64,000 nt of DNA, taken from Eledone cirrhosa (lineage: Eukaryota). How positions within the stretch are numbered: the first letter of the stretch is position 1; each line of letters begins with the position of its first letter. Below are positions 1 to 11,628 of the stretch, piece by piece. The stretch is taken from the NCBI GenBank assembly GCA_964016885.1, contig OZ024742.1:41292001-41356000 (forward strand), given 5' to 3'. Position numbers and translations under genes: made by a program. The notes beneath the pieces were generated by a model. That model was given only the letters and a program-made list of their open reading frames with translations, was not told the DNA's origin and ran no database searches.

Positions 1-430
1 TTTCCTGAAACATTATAAATATATGCCCATAGTATTGGAGCTGTGATCTCTCAATTTGAAGAGGTAGTGACTCTACCTGGAGCGACTCTGATATCCAAGC
101 TATGCACTCTATCAAGTAACATTACTCTAAAAACCCTTTAGAGGAACCCCATTTCATCCACTTGAATTCATGATCATATTCTTTCAGTTATTGCCCAAGA
201 TAGGTAAGGGTTGGCACGAATACCGAACTGAAGACAGCAAGTTTTGCTTCTACACCTACCTCCCTTCTGATTACCAACTGCTGAAGCTGGTACATTACTG
301 CACCAGCTCTTGCAATTCTTGTACTTAATTCAGCCTCCTACCTTCCATTACCTGTGAACATGGCCCAGAGATACTTGACATTCTCCACCTGCTTCAGAGG
401 AACTCCAATCACATGTAGAGTGGTGTTATC
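1..430 (-). mobile_element. Decayed RTE-type LINE 3' ORF fragment
   Basis: Homologous by eye to 9170-9595 and 16790-17163 (shared GGAGCTGTGATCTCTCAATT, GAGGAACCCCATTT, TACACCTACCTCC). The minus strand encodes a degenerate post-RT LINE region. Confidence 0.6.
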
Positions 431-1224
431 ACTGTATCACATTAAAAATTAAAGATTTTTACTAATTTTTTTATTATTATTACACCTGTCTTGGAGACAG
501 CTGTTATTGAATTTTTTTTTTCTGAAGTAGTTAGTAGATAAGGTTAGGATTTGGAAGGTGAAATTTATATTTTTATTATGTGTTTTGAATGAATATAGCC
601 TACAGAATCATTGTAAATAATACTGCAAATATTCACAACATTCTCTTCACTAGTGAAGATGCTATAAATATTTCAATTAACAAACCTGTTTTTAGATATT
701 TTCAGCTAAATCATTATAGGATGTTGAAATTTAATGTAGATATAACTACAGGTTTTGAATTAGAAGCTTCATTGTGAAAAAAACTATAAGCATTTTTTAC
801 TACCTCTGACATAAAAAAGCTACATAAAATTTCTTAAATTTTCTAATATACACTGTATTATAACTTTTCTCCCTCACGTACTCTGTGCACCACATATGCT
901 GTCCCTTTCTCTCAATTTCTTGACCTCTGCAGCAAAGACACTGACTTTGATATGAAGTCAATGCAAATACATTAACATTTTCCTCCCATCTATATAGCCC
1001 CACCCCACCCAACTTGCATGGATGCTGCCTTTTATCAAACCAAGCCATCAGTTAAATAACCAGACTTCTGCTATGCATTCATCTACCATCACCTATTCTG
1101 TGACTCAACCCTTTCATCACACAATCCTCCATAACTTTTGCTTTCTACAATCAGACTGCTGAGCCTCTCCTCAAAAAGGGATAAATATATATATTGCTTT
1201 CTGGTCAGGAGTTACTTCATTGTT

Positions 1225-1432
1225 AACCACACCCAACCTGAAACCTTCACACCAAACCAAGAAATTCCACACCCACACTCAACTTAGAACCTCCACACCA
1301 ACCCTAAAACCCCAACACCCACCCTAAAACCTCTACACCCAATGTAGAACTGCCACACCCACCCTAAAACCTCTACACCCAACTTAGAACCTCCACATCC
1401 ACCCTAAAACCTCTACACCCAACTTAAAGCCT
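1225..1432. repeat. Minisatellite, ~20-bp unit (ACACCCAACTTAGAACCTCC / ACACCCACCCTAAAACCTCT), about 10 copies
   Basis: Direct tandem periodicity visible in the sequence. Confidence 0.85.
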
Positions 1433-1644
1433 GCACCAGTGCAACACTTGTCCCTTCAACTTCCAAACTAGACTTTACTAGATTACAGATTTACAATCAA
1501 TATATCATCCACTTCAGCTGTACATTCTCTAAGAGAGGAATATGCCACGTAATGTGTAAACTTGATAATGCCTTGTGTTGCTATGTTGAGAGGTAATTTC
1601 TGGGAACATAATGTAAATGTTCCTGATGGTAAGGGAGTCCTTAG

Positions 1645-1869
1645 TCGTTTAGCATTTACATTACTCTATATTTACTATTGTATTTCCACAGTAAACACTT
1701 TATCTCACGTAATTATTTCACATAACATTGAATCTATGGGATTTTGATATTATTTATTTTGAGAACAATGCCTTAACATCAGTATGAGGGGCTGGTTATG
1801 GCCGGTTTGAACAGAAAGAGGTGAGATAATTCTGGCCGGATACGGCCAGTTTAAATGCTAAAGGGTTAA
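1645..1869 (-). mobile_element. piggyBac-like MITE, family A
   Basis: Ends TTTAGCATTT...AAATGCTAAAGGG|TTAA; reverse complement of the copy at 14920-15120. Confidence 0.6.
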
Positions 1870-4800
1870 ACAATCACCATCCTCATCATTAATTTATGTC
1901 GGCTTTGCAATCTGGCATGGGTTGACAGGTCTTTGTAGTCAGAGACTAGATGAGTCAGAAAACCACATCTTGCTCAGATGTTCCATATTTTGGCATGGTT
2001 TCTATGCTCTTCCTAATGCCAAACACTTTACAGAGTATACTGGGTGCACAATATTGTGGCACCAGCACTAAAGGGCTTGTTATGTACTTGACAAGTGTGA
2101 AGTGTCCTCTCTACCCTATAGTCTCCATTCACTTGTCAACCAATTTACAGAGTGTATGAGATTCATTTTATTGTGGCACTTGGTATAACTAAAAAGTTCT
2201 CTCTACTCTATATTGTCTCCATCTGATTGGTTGTTACTAAATTCACTAGCCAACTTCATTAACCATTTCTCTAAGGTATTCAGCAACACTAAAGTTTAAA
2301 TGAAATTCATAAAGGTAATGAAAACCAACTCAGCCTGGAAATATGCAATATTCACAATCTATTTACATCACACATTTTACAGGAGCACTACAGTTGTCTT
2401 TCTAACATATATTGACTACTGCCTTTAATCATTTTCTTACCATATTTCTAATGAAAGACACTATGTTTAATTTTTTTAAATAATCAAGAATTTGAAAGGG
2501 TTTAGTAATATAACTAACTTTTCCCATTATTAACCTGGTACTTGGAATGTAAAGATTCTTACATAAAATTATGATGGAAGGATTTTAGATAGATACTAGA
2601 CCTCCTGTGACCCTTTGGGTCATGTTCACTTAAAAATATTTTTTTAAATCATGTTCATTTAAAAATAATTTTTAAATAATTAAAATATACACATACATGT
2701 ATATTATGTGAAATGAAACTGGAAGACCCATATATATGTGCATGTATGTATATATATATAAATGTGTATGTGTGTGTCTGTGATCTATATACACTGGTCA
2801 TAGACTCACACACATATATATGCACAACACCACCAGCTCTCTTTCTTCCATTCTCCTGTCTCTTCTTCCTCTCTCTGTCTCTCTTTCAATCTACTCTCTC
2901 ACAACCACTATCTTTTTCTATCTATCTTTCTCTCTCTCTGTTTATGAAGGTACCCGGAAAAACTCCATATCTCGGGAACCCGTGCTTCAATTTATGCGAA
3001 ACTTGTTTTATTCCATTTATATTCCCATTTCAGGGTCAACTTCCTTTCAAAGTATTTTCCCATTATGCGCCCTTTTGGCTGCAGACGAGCAAGCAAATAA
3101 TCAATCACAGACTTTTAGTAATATATAGATAGATAAACATTTTAAAATAAACACTTTCATATAGAATCAAAAGGGTTAACTTAATGCCTAGTTGTTTTCT
3201 CAGTTGACTTACTATCTGTCTTTCATGCAAGCTAGCACTGCACATTCAACAGATCATGCCTTCCCAAACATTTTATATCGCAAATCCGTTTTTTTTATTA
3301 AAGAAATTTGTTGTGAACTCCAGTTTGGTAAAAGAAATTTGTTGTGTTATTATTTGAAGAAAAAAAAATTCCGGCGTGGTGGTAATTAAATTTGTTTTTA
3401 AATGTATAATCCTGAGGTTTTATTTTTTGCAGGAAAAATTGCAATAACCATCAACTAATGATCCTAAAGCTAGAATATAAAATATAAATTTTCATTTGTG
3501 ACGGCCTGCACTTTGGGAAGGCCTGCAATAGATCATACTTAACTCATTTCTCTCCAGTCATCAAAGCTATATTATTCAATACTCATACTTCATAATGAAA
3601 TGTGACTAATACTGTATTGAAATAAGAGAAAAAAAATGAAATTTACAGCTCACACCTATGCAAGCCTCTTACGAGGTTGCACTTCATAGGTTTCTTGTCT
3701 TTTAAGTCCAGTCTTATCATGGAAAATGTGAAATGAATCATCTTGTTCAAGAAGATAACACACTCCATGGTCTAGCAATTGAATGAAGAAACTTATGAAT
3801 ACAGTCCAACACTAGGTTCCACCCCTTCACCCTGTATTGGTAGTAGTGTTTGAAAGTTTAAGAATTTTTTTAGTTGGTAAAATTTCAAGTAATATTATTA
3901 GAAAGTTATATTATTTTGCTAACATTTTTCAAACATAAATAATACTTAACTTGAGCATTTGTGAAGTTCAATACTATACTATAGCATTTATTATTAATAT
4001 TATAAGGTCATGGGTTTGATTTCTGGATTGGGTGACACATTGTGTTCTTGTGCAAGATGTTTCATTTCACAATGCTTTTCATGATAGGACTGGGACTCCA
4101 TAATCATTAAAACACTCTGAGGAATCTCCTGTGAGAAGCAACTTTATAGAAGGCCAACTAAACCTACATAAGCATGAGCTGTAAATTTCATTTAATTCAT
4201 TTCTATAATACTGTGCCATCAACCATAATAATATGCATGTGTGTTTGTATATATATATCATTACCATCATCTCCGTTTAACATCCATTTTTCTATGCTGC
4301 CATGTGTTAGACGAATTATCTTGTGAGCAATGCCAGGTCAGGTGACCAGGAATTGCTCATACAGAACCGATTTTGGTTTGGTTTCTACAGCCAACCTCAT
4401 TTAATGAATGCTGGGTGCTTTTTGTTGTGACGCCTATACACCCACTTTACAGTGTGGACTATGTGCTTTTTGCCGTGACACCTACACGACCACTTTACAA
4501 TGCATTTCTTATCTCAGTCATGTTCGCTTTTCAATCACAAGATCATAGGTTCTAATTTTACATTTGTCCCTGTAAGTAATTCTTTCTCTAAAGTTTACTT
4601 ACACATTTAACCCTATATGTCATTTGTATGTGTATGCTGAACATTTGTGTAAGTATATCCTAGAAATGAATTATTAAAATATCATTCTATCTTTAGTGGT
4701 CGTAGAGGTGGAGGTGCCACGGCAAAAAAGCACCCAGCCCACACTGTAAATGAGGTTGGTGTTAGGAAGGGCATCCAGCTGTAGAAATCAAGCCAGAATC

Positions 4801-5044
4801 AGTTCCCGTCCCACCCTTGCAAGCAGGGAAAAAGTGGACGTAAAATGAAATGATGATGATCTTTAATCATTTCCACGTGTCAGTAATCAATATATGCTAT
4901 TGGGTTTCTCTTATGCAAACCATAAATTTATCAAAATAAAATTGCCAGTTTGTATATTATTGTTTATATATCCAGTAATTCTGGTACATATGGCATACTA
5001 ATCCTGGACCCTAAAAATTAAATAAATTCAACGATATTGCCATC

Positions 5045-5760
5045 ATGAGAGGTTAACTTTCTTTGCCTTTCATCCTTCCGGGGTCGATAGAAAAAGTACC
5101 AGTAATGCATTGACTAATTGCTGGCCTTGTGTCAATTATTTACATTGGCAGTATCGGTAGAGAGTCGGACGCCATCCTTTCCAGCATAGTTACGTCCCTT
5201 TACGGTCTGAGTTCAAATCCCGCTGAGGTTTACTTTGCCTTTCATCCTTACGGAGTCGATAAAATAAAGTACCAGTAATTGCTGGCCTTGTGCCTAAAGT
5301 AGAAACAATTATTTACATTGGCAGTATCAGTAGAGGGTTGGATGCCATGCTTTCTAGCATAGTTACGTCCCTTTACAATCTGAGTTCAAATCCCGCCGAG
5401 GTTAACTTTGCCTTTCATCCTTACGGGGTCGATAAAATAAAGTACCAGAAATGCGCTGGTAATTGCTGGCCTTGTGCCAAAAGTAGAAACAATTATTGTT
5501 TTATATCCACTTTTTGCCAGGCAGTTGTTTTATATCTAAAGTAGAAACAAGTATTTACAATATAGGTCTGAATTGGTAGTATCGGTAGAGGGTCGGACGC
5601 CATGCTTTGCAGCAGTTACGTCCCTTTACGGACTGAGTTCAAATCCCGCCGAGGTTAACTTTACCTTTCATCCTTACGGGGTCGATAAAATAAAGTGCCA
5701 GTAATGCACTGGGTAATTGCTGGCCTTGTGCCATAAGTAGAAACAATTATTTACAATATA
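5045..5760 (+). mobile_element. Head-to-tail cluster of about 4 copies of a tRNA-related SINE
   Basis: Repeated unit ...CTGAGTTCAAATCCCGCCGAGGTTAACTTTGCCTTTCATCCTTACGGGGTCGATAAAATAAAGTACCAG...GGCCTTGTGCC, with a B-box-like GTTCAAATCC. The same family occurs at 14055, 34895, 46800 and 53330. Confidence 0.8.
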
Positions 5761-6586
5761 GGTCCATTAGTATTGTTATATTTTGCAATTTTTTTTATCT
5801 ACTACCATTTCTAGGTATTTTAATTTTCTAGGCATTAATTGGTTGAGCGGCATCTTTCCATGTGTGTATGGCGATAGGAGTCCGTCTGTGAAAACTTGGA
5901 TATAGGAACACAAACTAATGAAAGACGAGTAAATTACCCAACCTTACCTGCACGTTGACATTCCTAACGCAGATGAGAAAAGAACAGCCAACGAGGAAGC
6001 CCCAAACGTAGTCGTTCGTCATGCTAGAAATAACAGCCACATTTCCTTCATACAACACGCTATTATCGACTCCGAATGTGCGCAGCTTAGTGGTTATAAT
6101 GTTAGGCTCACAATCGTCTGGTCAGGGTTTCGATCACCGAAAGGGACAGTGCATTTTATCTTTTAGCAAGGCACTTCATTTATCGTTGCTCTAGTCCACT
6201 CGGCTGAAAGAAGGAATACCAGGAGCATCTAGAGGTTAACCTTATGACGGACCTTCACTCGCTTACTGCTACATAAAACCGAGCTCCGGTCTAATGAGCC
6301 TCTAAAGTCGAAAAAAAAAAACCATTAACCCTGTTAGAAAGAAAGAATACATTGGGTGATATAGTCCTATATACACTATGTATAGAGTAAAATAAGATAT
6401 TTACAACTGCTGTGATTTTGATCAGAAATTTACTCGCTCAGGTCTGACCTGGGACTAAACAAAAATAACATGAGTTCAGAAACTGAATGATAATGATGAA
6501 TTTAAAAGAAAACATATTCTCTTCTGTAGTTTTTTACGCTCAGTCTTAGAAAACGAATGACGGTACATTTAAAAAAAAAATAGACA

Positions 6587-6592
6587 TTTATT
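6587..6592 (-). terminator. Candidate polyadenylation signal AATAAA of POLR3F
   Basis: AATAAA on the minus strand 6 nt after the stop codon, followed by a T-rich tract. Confidence 0.5.
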
Positions 6593-6598
6593 TGGATG

Positions 6599-7549
6599 TT
6601 AATAGTCAAGCCATTCTTTCATGTATACACATGAAGTCGGCGAGATGGCACCGTCCTCTGAACAGTGGTGGAAAACTGGGCAGGTTCCGCATGGCATTCT
6701 CATTAAACCGGTCGGCAGTATCAAAGGTTTGATAGCTCGATATAATTTAGTGTTGGTTCCAGAAGTACCGCTTGATGAACAAGGCCCAGCAACTATAGAA
6801 CGTTCTACCTTACCATCATAAATTAAAGTGTCCAAAATAGTTTCTATATCCTCAACAGCAAGCTTCACTTTACTGATACCAAGTTCAGATATATATTTCC
6901 AGACATCTGTCGAAGAAGCGAACGATGCGTTTCTCTGCATGATAGGTGCTGAAAGAGTTTCACGAGCATTAGCAGTTTTCTCGTTGAGGAATTTGAAGCA
7001 CTGTTGGTTAAGTACTTCGACGAATTCTGATTCAAAATCTTGATCACTATACCACGCACCTCCTGTCACTGATCGATCCGGTTCCAGTTCATAAAGCATA
7101 TAAACTTTCTTTTTTGAAGCCGCCACTGATTTAACAGCTTTTATAAGTTTCTTGCTTTCCAAGTTCTTTAATATTTTGTTGACTTGAGTTAGTAATAAAT
7201 TACTTTGATATCGTATATCACGAATCCATATACCTCGGTTACCAGCTTCCTTAATGATTTGGTAAACAACTTTTTCTTGGTTATCTGAACCTTTCACAAC
7301 ACTGACAGATGAGGGGTCTTTTAATTTGTATACTAATTTGTTACCACTTTTCAACAAGTCTATTCTGGCTGTGGATAGTAGCCGGTTAATAGCTTGGACT
7401 CTTTGTTTAGCATCAAATTGAGGCATATCGACAAGAATGGCACTGTCGTCAACCCCGTCCGGATTCTGTTTACATAATTCTAAAATTCTGGTTTCCAAGT
7501 CAACAGCTTCAACAGGTTCTTTTTTCACAATTGTCTCTTCTTCAGACAT
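6599..7549 (-). CDS. POLR3F: DNA-directed RNA polymerase III subunit RPC6 (RPC39/C34), single-exon CDS, 316 aa
   Basis: Uninterrupted ORF from ATG at 7549 (MSEEETIVKK...) to TAA at 6599. Motifs EKVVYQIIKEAGNRGIWIRDIR, KKLIKAVKSVAASKKKVYMLYELEPDRSVTGGAWYSDQDFESEFV, and the C-terminal Fe-S cysteines PCGTCPVFHHC...ISPTSCVYMKEWLDY. The 48 upstream in-frame codons in the ORF track begin at a non-ATG codon and are probably UTR. Confidence 0.97.
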   Translation of the reverse strand: MSEEETIVKKEPVEAVDLETRILELCKQNPDGVDDSAILVDMPQFDAKQRVQAINRLLSTARIDLLKSGNKLVYKLKDPSSVSVVKGSDNQEKVVYQIIKEAGNRGIWIRDIRYQSNLLLTQVNKILKNLESKKLIKAVKSVAASKKKVYMLYELEPDRSVTGGAWYSDQDFESEFVEVLNQQCFKFLNEKTANARETLSAPIMQRNASFASSTDVWKYISELGISKVKLAVEDIETILDTLIYDGKVERSIVAGPCSSSGTSGTNTKLYRAIKPLILPTGLMRMPCGTCPVFHHCSEDGAISPTSCVYMKEWLDY

Positions 7550-7884
7550 GCTTGTAATAAATCCAAACAGACTATAATTCAGGGAACTCTCTAAAGAAGA
7601 GTTACAATTATAGTAAAGCAGCACTACCCCAAAAGTAGTTCCCGTGTAAAATAATACCGTCTTATATGCAATTGTAAAAGCAAGCAATTCCAATAACTAT
7701 TTCGATTTAGAGGATATATATTTCATAACTTTTCGATTTATTTTTATTACATAACTGACGATGAAATAATATTTACTGATCAGATAGTAATTCAAACCAA
7801 ATATAAAAAAAAAAAAAGATATAACAAAGAAATTAAACGTGAAAAAAGTCTGAAAAGAATTGCTAACCATTGTTAGCAATTCTA

Positions 7885-8045
7885 GATGTTTGGAGGAGCT
7901 GGGACATTGACAACAAAATTCTCGTCATCGTTGGCAGCTCACCTTACCGAAGTGCTAGGTGATGCCTGTGAGGGTGCTTGGTTATTCCAGTGCCTTAGCC
8001 TCGCTATCACCGGCAGTAATGCTGTGAACATGTTGGCTTGCCTCA
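7885..8045 (+). mobile_element. Fragment of the C-terminal restriction-like endonuclease region of a CRE-like non-LTR retrotransposon
   Basis: Translates MFGGAGTLTTKFSSSLAAHLTEVLGDACEGAWLFQCLSLAITGSNAVNML, resembling the RLE tail (LG..G....FL..L...L....GD.RE..FLFQRLS.AIQRGNA). Confidence 0.55.
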
Positions 8046-9169
8046 AAAAGTATTAGAGAGAGGTTCCAGCACTCCTTGTGGTGTGTGACCAATTGACACA
8101 CCTAGTATTGAATTAATATTTTCTTCCGTTTTGATTCTATATTTTTATGTGAAATATGCTAGTGTTGGTACTCTTTCAGTTAAGTGGGCAGTAGCAGCCT
8201 AAAATGAAATGCTTTGCTCAAGAACACACCTTGCTACCCGGTACAGCAGTCAAACCCACACCATCGACACCAGGACACTCAGCAATAACAAACAAATATA
8301 TATAGTATGGCACTTTTTGATAAGACATTACTATAATAAATAATGTAATTTGAAATATAGTCACTACAGATAACTATAACAATCGGTGATAATGTTAAAA
8401 TAAATCGAGTGTACTACTCCTGAAGACAGCAAAAAATGGATAGAGATGTCTGCGGGGAATCATGCCATGTATCTTTCATATGCCAGGCGATTATATTTAA
8501 CAATTATGCAAAAGGATTCCAGGCCATTATTAACCGTCTTTTTAGAAGATTTAAACGTGAAGCTAGAAGGGTAAACAACATTTGGTTAACTTTGTTAGTT
8601 AACTAAATGTTAAATAATGTGGTATACTTTATAATTTACACTGGGAAAAAGAATAGACGTTTCGACCTTTTTAGATCTCAGCAAGGCAGCTGAACGTATA
8701 GAAGTTCTCTCCCTTGTTGTTGTTTTTTCTCATCAGCTGCACACCATTAAAGGTAGTTTCGGTCTTGAAATGGCGAGGATAGTCTCAGTTGATTGAAGTT
8801 TTTCCTATTTGCCCTATTCAGACTGCAAGACTCTATGTATGTATACACTTTATACAGAATTCTCTCCAACATGGATTTTCACTTGATGCACATAATTAGC
8901 ACATTGTTTTCCCCAAATTTCCTATATCAATATAGGGTAACTTGCTAAGTAAATGTGCTTTGCTAAAATCGAACATGTCAGTTGCTTTCACCAAGCTGGC
9001 ACATAAACAAGATCCTTGGCATTGCCATAAAATGTTCCAAAAGATTTGGATCAGCCAAGGTTACAAAAATTCTCTTTAATTCTCCTTTAATAAATTGTGT
9101 GAAGTTTTTTACATATTGTGACTGTAAGACTCAATTTGTGCATGTGTGTATATACATGTCCTGTCAGAG

Positions 9170-9595
9170 GACATATTGATCTGGCTGGATCCTCAAACAA
9201 GACTAGCCGAACACATGAGTGTTATCTAACCATCTTCCTCGGGGTCTACCCTGGGTTTCCTGCTGCTCATAAATTCTTTCCTGGGACATTCTAACCATAT
9301 GCCCATAGTATTGGAGCTGTGATCTCTCAATTCAAAGAAGTAGCAGCTCTATATGGAGCAACTCTCTGCTCTCTTTGTTACAAACTCTATCGAGTAACGT
9401 TACTCCAAAGACCCTTCAGAGGAACCCCATTTTGGCCGCTTGTATTTGCAATCATATTCTTTTGGTCATTACCCTAAATTCATGACCATAAGTAAGGGGT
9501 GGAATGAATACCGAATTGAAGATAGCAAGTTTGGCTTTTACACCTACCTCCTTCTGATGACTAAATGTTGAAGCCAGAGCATTACTTCACCAAAT
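9170..9595 (-). mobile_element. Decayed RTE-type LINE fragment
   Basis: Same family as 1-430 and 16790-17163. Confidence 0.6.
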
Positions 9596-9599
9596 CCTC

Positions 9600-11445
9600 A
9601 GAAAAATGGACATGCTGGCAGGAAACAGTAGAAGAGTTGGATTTCCCTCACTCTAATAGGAAAGCATGGAATCTCCTTAGGTGACTTGGTGCAGCATCTC
9701 ACATTCAACAGCAGTCACCAAAAGTAACTGCTAATGTAGTTGCATCATGTTTACTTCTCAACTCCAAGGTACCTTCAACCAAGGAGGCAGGCCAAGAAGT
9801 CCATAACAATCTCTCAGCAGCCTACTCATCTTTACTGAAGAGTACCCCACTTGTTAGACCTTACACCATAAGAAAGATAGATACTGGCCTTTCATCCACT
9901 AAAGAAGGCAAGGCAGCAGGAATTGATGGCATCTATGCTGAACTCCTCAAGAACCTCACAGTCGTTCACTCAATTGGAGTTATCCCAAAGATCTGGAGAG
10001 AAGCCAAGGCCATTGCCATCCTGAAACTCAGGAATCCTGTAGATGACCCTTCAAGCTACCAGCCAATCTCTCTTCTCTATACCTCTTACAAGTGATTTGA
10101 ATGGCTGCTCTTGGTTAGGCTTAGCTCTTTAGTAGAACCAACCCTGCCTAAGGAGCAAGTAGGCTTTGAACCACAAAGGAGTTGCACTGATCAAGTCCTC
10201 ACCCTTACTACCTTCATCGAGGCTGGCTACTAATGTGGTCTCAAGACAGCGGCTGCTCTGGTCAACCTCTCTTCTGCATACGATACTGTGTGGAGACGCA
10301 GCCTCCTTCTGAAGGCCTGTTGTATCATTAAGTTCCAGGCAACATCCTTGCCTCCATACTCAGTAACAAAAGATTCAGTGTCACTAGGAGGTCAAACAAG
10401 TTCAACCAAAACCCTGAATGATGGTCTTCCCCAAGGTTCTGTCCTGGCACCAATGCTCTTTAATGTGAGTGATATGCCCAGGACAACTTTGAGGAAATTT
10501 GCTTATGTAGCTGATCTTGCCTCAGCTACCCAATTTACTGATTTGAACAAACTCAACTTTACAGTCACAGAAGACCTGAAGAAGATGGAAGAATACTACT
10601 TCTATTGGCACCTTTGCCCCAACCCAAGCAAGAGATTCCATCTCAGCACCAGATAAGCTAGGATGAAACTCAAGATTTCCTTCTGTGGTAGACTTGTCAA
10701 GAATGAACAACACCCCAAATATTGTAGCCTGACCTACTGAGAACACATGATGAGGGTTGTCGGATAACTGAAGACGAGGATTAATATCATCTGCAAGTTA
10801 GCAGGAAACAGCTGGGGGTCTGATGCACACACTCTGAACTGCATGCTCAGTTGCAGAGTACTGTTTACCAGTCTGGCCAGAGAGCTGCTAAGCCAAGCAC
10901 GTTGACATCATCCTCAACTCATCAATGATAGTAGTATCTGGCACACTGAAATCTACACCTACTCAGTAGTTGTCTACCCGTTCTCATATAGTTCCTTCTT
11001 ACCAAGTCCAAGCCCAACCTTCCTATTGATGAAGATCTGGAAAACCTTTCCAAAATGCGATTGAAATCACACAAATCATTCTGGGAATCAATGAAAACCC
11101 TTCAAGACAATAACTTTGAGCTGAAGGAAGAGTTGTGAAGATCATGGAATGAGTCCAAATTTTCTAACCAAGACCTCACATCTAAACCAGCTGGCTTTGA
11201 CCTTCCTAGAAAGCAATGGGTGCCAGAACAACCCATCATCTCCATCGATGGAAAATGAAAGACAGCCCAGCATGTGACTGTGGGAACCCCGACTAGACAA
11301 TACTGCATGTTGTTCAGGAATGCCCCCTCAGACGTTTTCCCGGCGGCCTGGAGACAATCTATAATACTATAAATGACGCCTTAGTCTGGATCACGAACCT
11401 CGACCCCTCTCTCTTTAACCATTGTGCAAGTCATGCAGCAAGAAG
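9600..11445 (+). mobile_element. Decayed Vingi/Ingi-like LINE (RT plus C-terminal CCHC), 5'-truncated, many stops and frameshifts
   Basis: Remnant motifs GKAAGIDGIY.E, SYQPISLL, LSSAYDTVW, GLPQGSVLAPMLFN, KFAY(V)ADLA, KLAGNSWGSDAHTL, SVAEYCLPVW, CDCGNPD*TILHVVQECPLRRFPGG. No RNase H is visible. Confidence 0.75.
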
Positions 11446-11479
11446 CTACGTTATCTTTTAAACTTGTCAATACTCTTTT

Positions 11480-11611
11480 TCTACCTTCCCCATCTCTTAC
11501 TCTCTCTATATATACCTCCCCTCTCTCTTACTCTTTCTATACCTTCCCTCTCTCGTCTTTCTCTGTCTGTTTCGTCAGTTTGCCTGTTGTATTGTCACCA
11601 GACACACAGAA
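11480..11611 (+). promoter_or_regulatory. Putative CNDP2 core promoter / 5' UTR: CT-rich tract and Inr-like TCAGTT at 11575-11580
   Basis: Pyrimidine tract followed by TCAGTT (TCAKTY initiator consensus) 32-37 nt upstream of the ATG. CpGs are retained around and downstream of it. Confidence 0.35.
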
Positions 11612-11628
11612 ATGGAAGGTGTCTTCAA
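11612..11628 (+). CDS. CNDP2: CNDP2 coding exon 1 (MEGVF-K)
   Basis: ATG GAA GGT GTC TTC AA|GTAAGT. Joins exon 2 to give MEGVFKYIDDN, matching the CNDP2 N-terminus (LFKYIDEN). Confidence 0.82.

Noticed and set aside
3480-3570. Box C/D snoRNA on the minus strand (TGATGA near 3560)
   Set aside because: No appropriately placed box D (CTGA) or terminal stem was found; adjacent sequence looks like a transposon end.
6075-6150. tRNA gene (also similar heads at 22547, 23160, 51645, 60628)
   Set aside because: A/B-box-like motifs run into SINE bodies and no complete cloverleaf is evident; these are tRNA-derived SINE heads.
7550-7693. 48-aa N-terminal extension of POLR3F in the ORF track
   Set aside because: It starts at a non-ATG codon. 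The ATG at 7549 gives the 316-aa length typical of the family.
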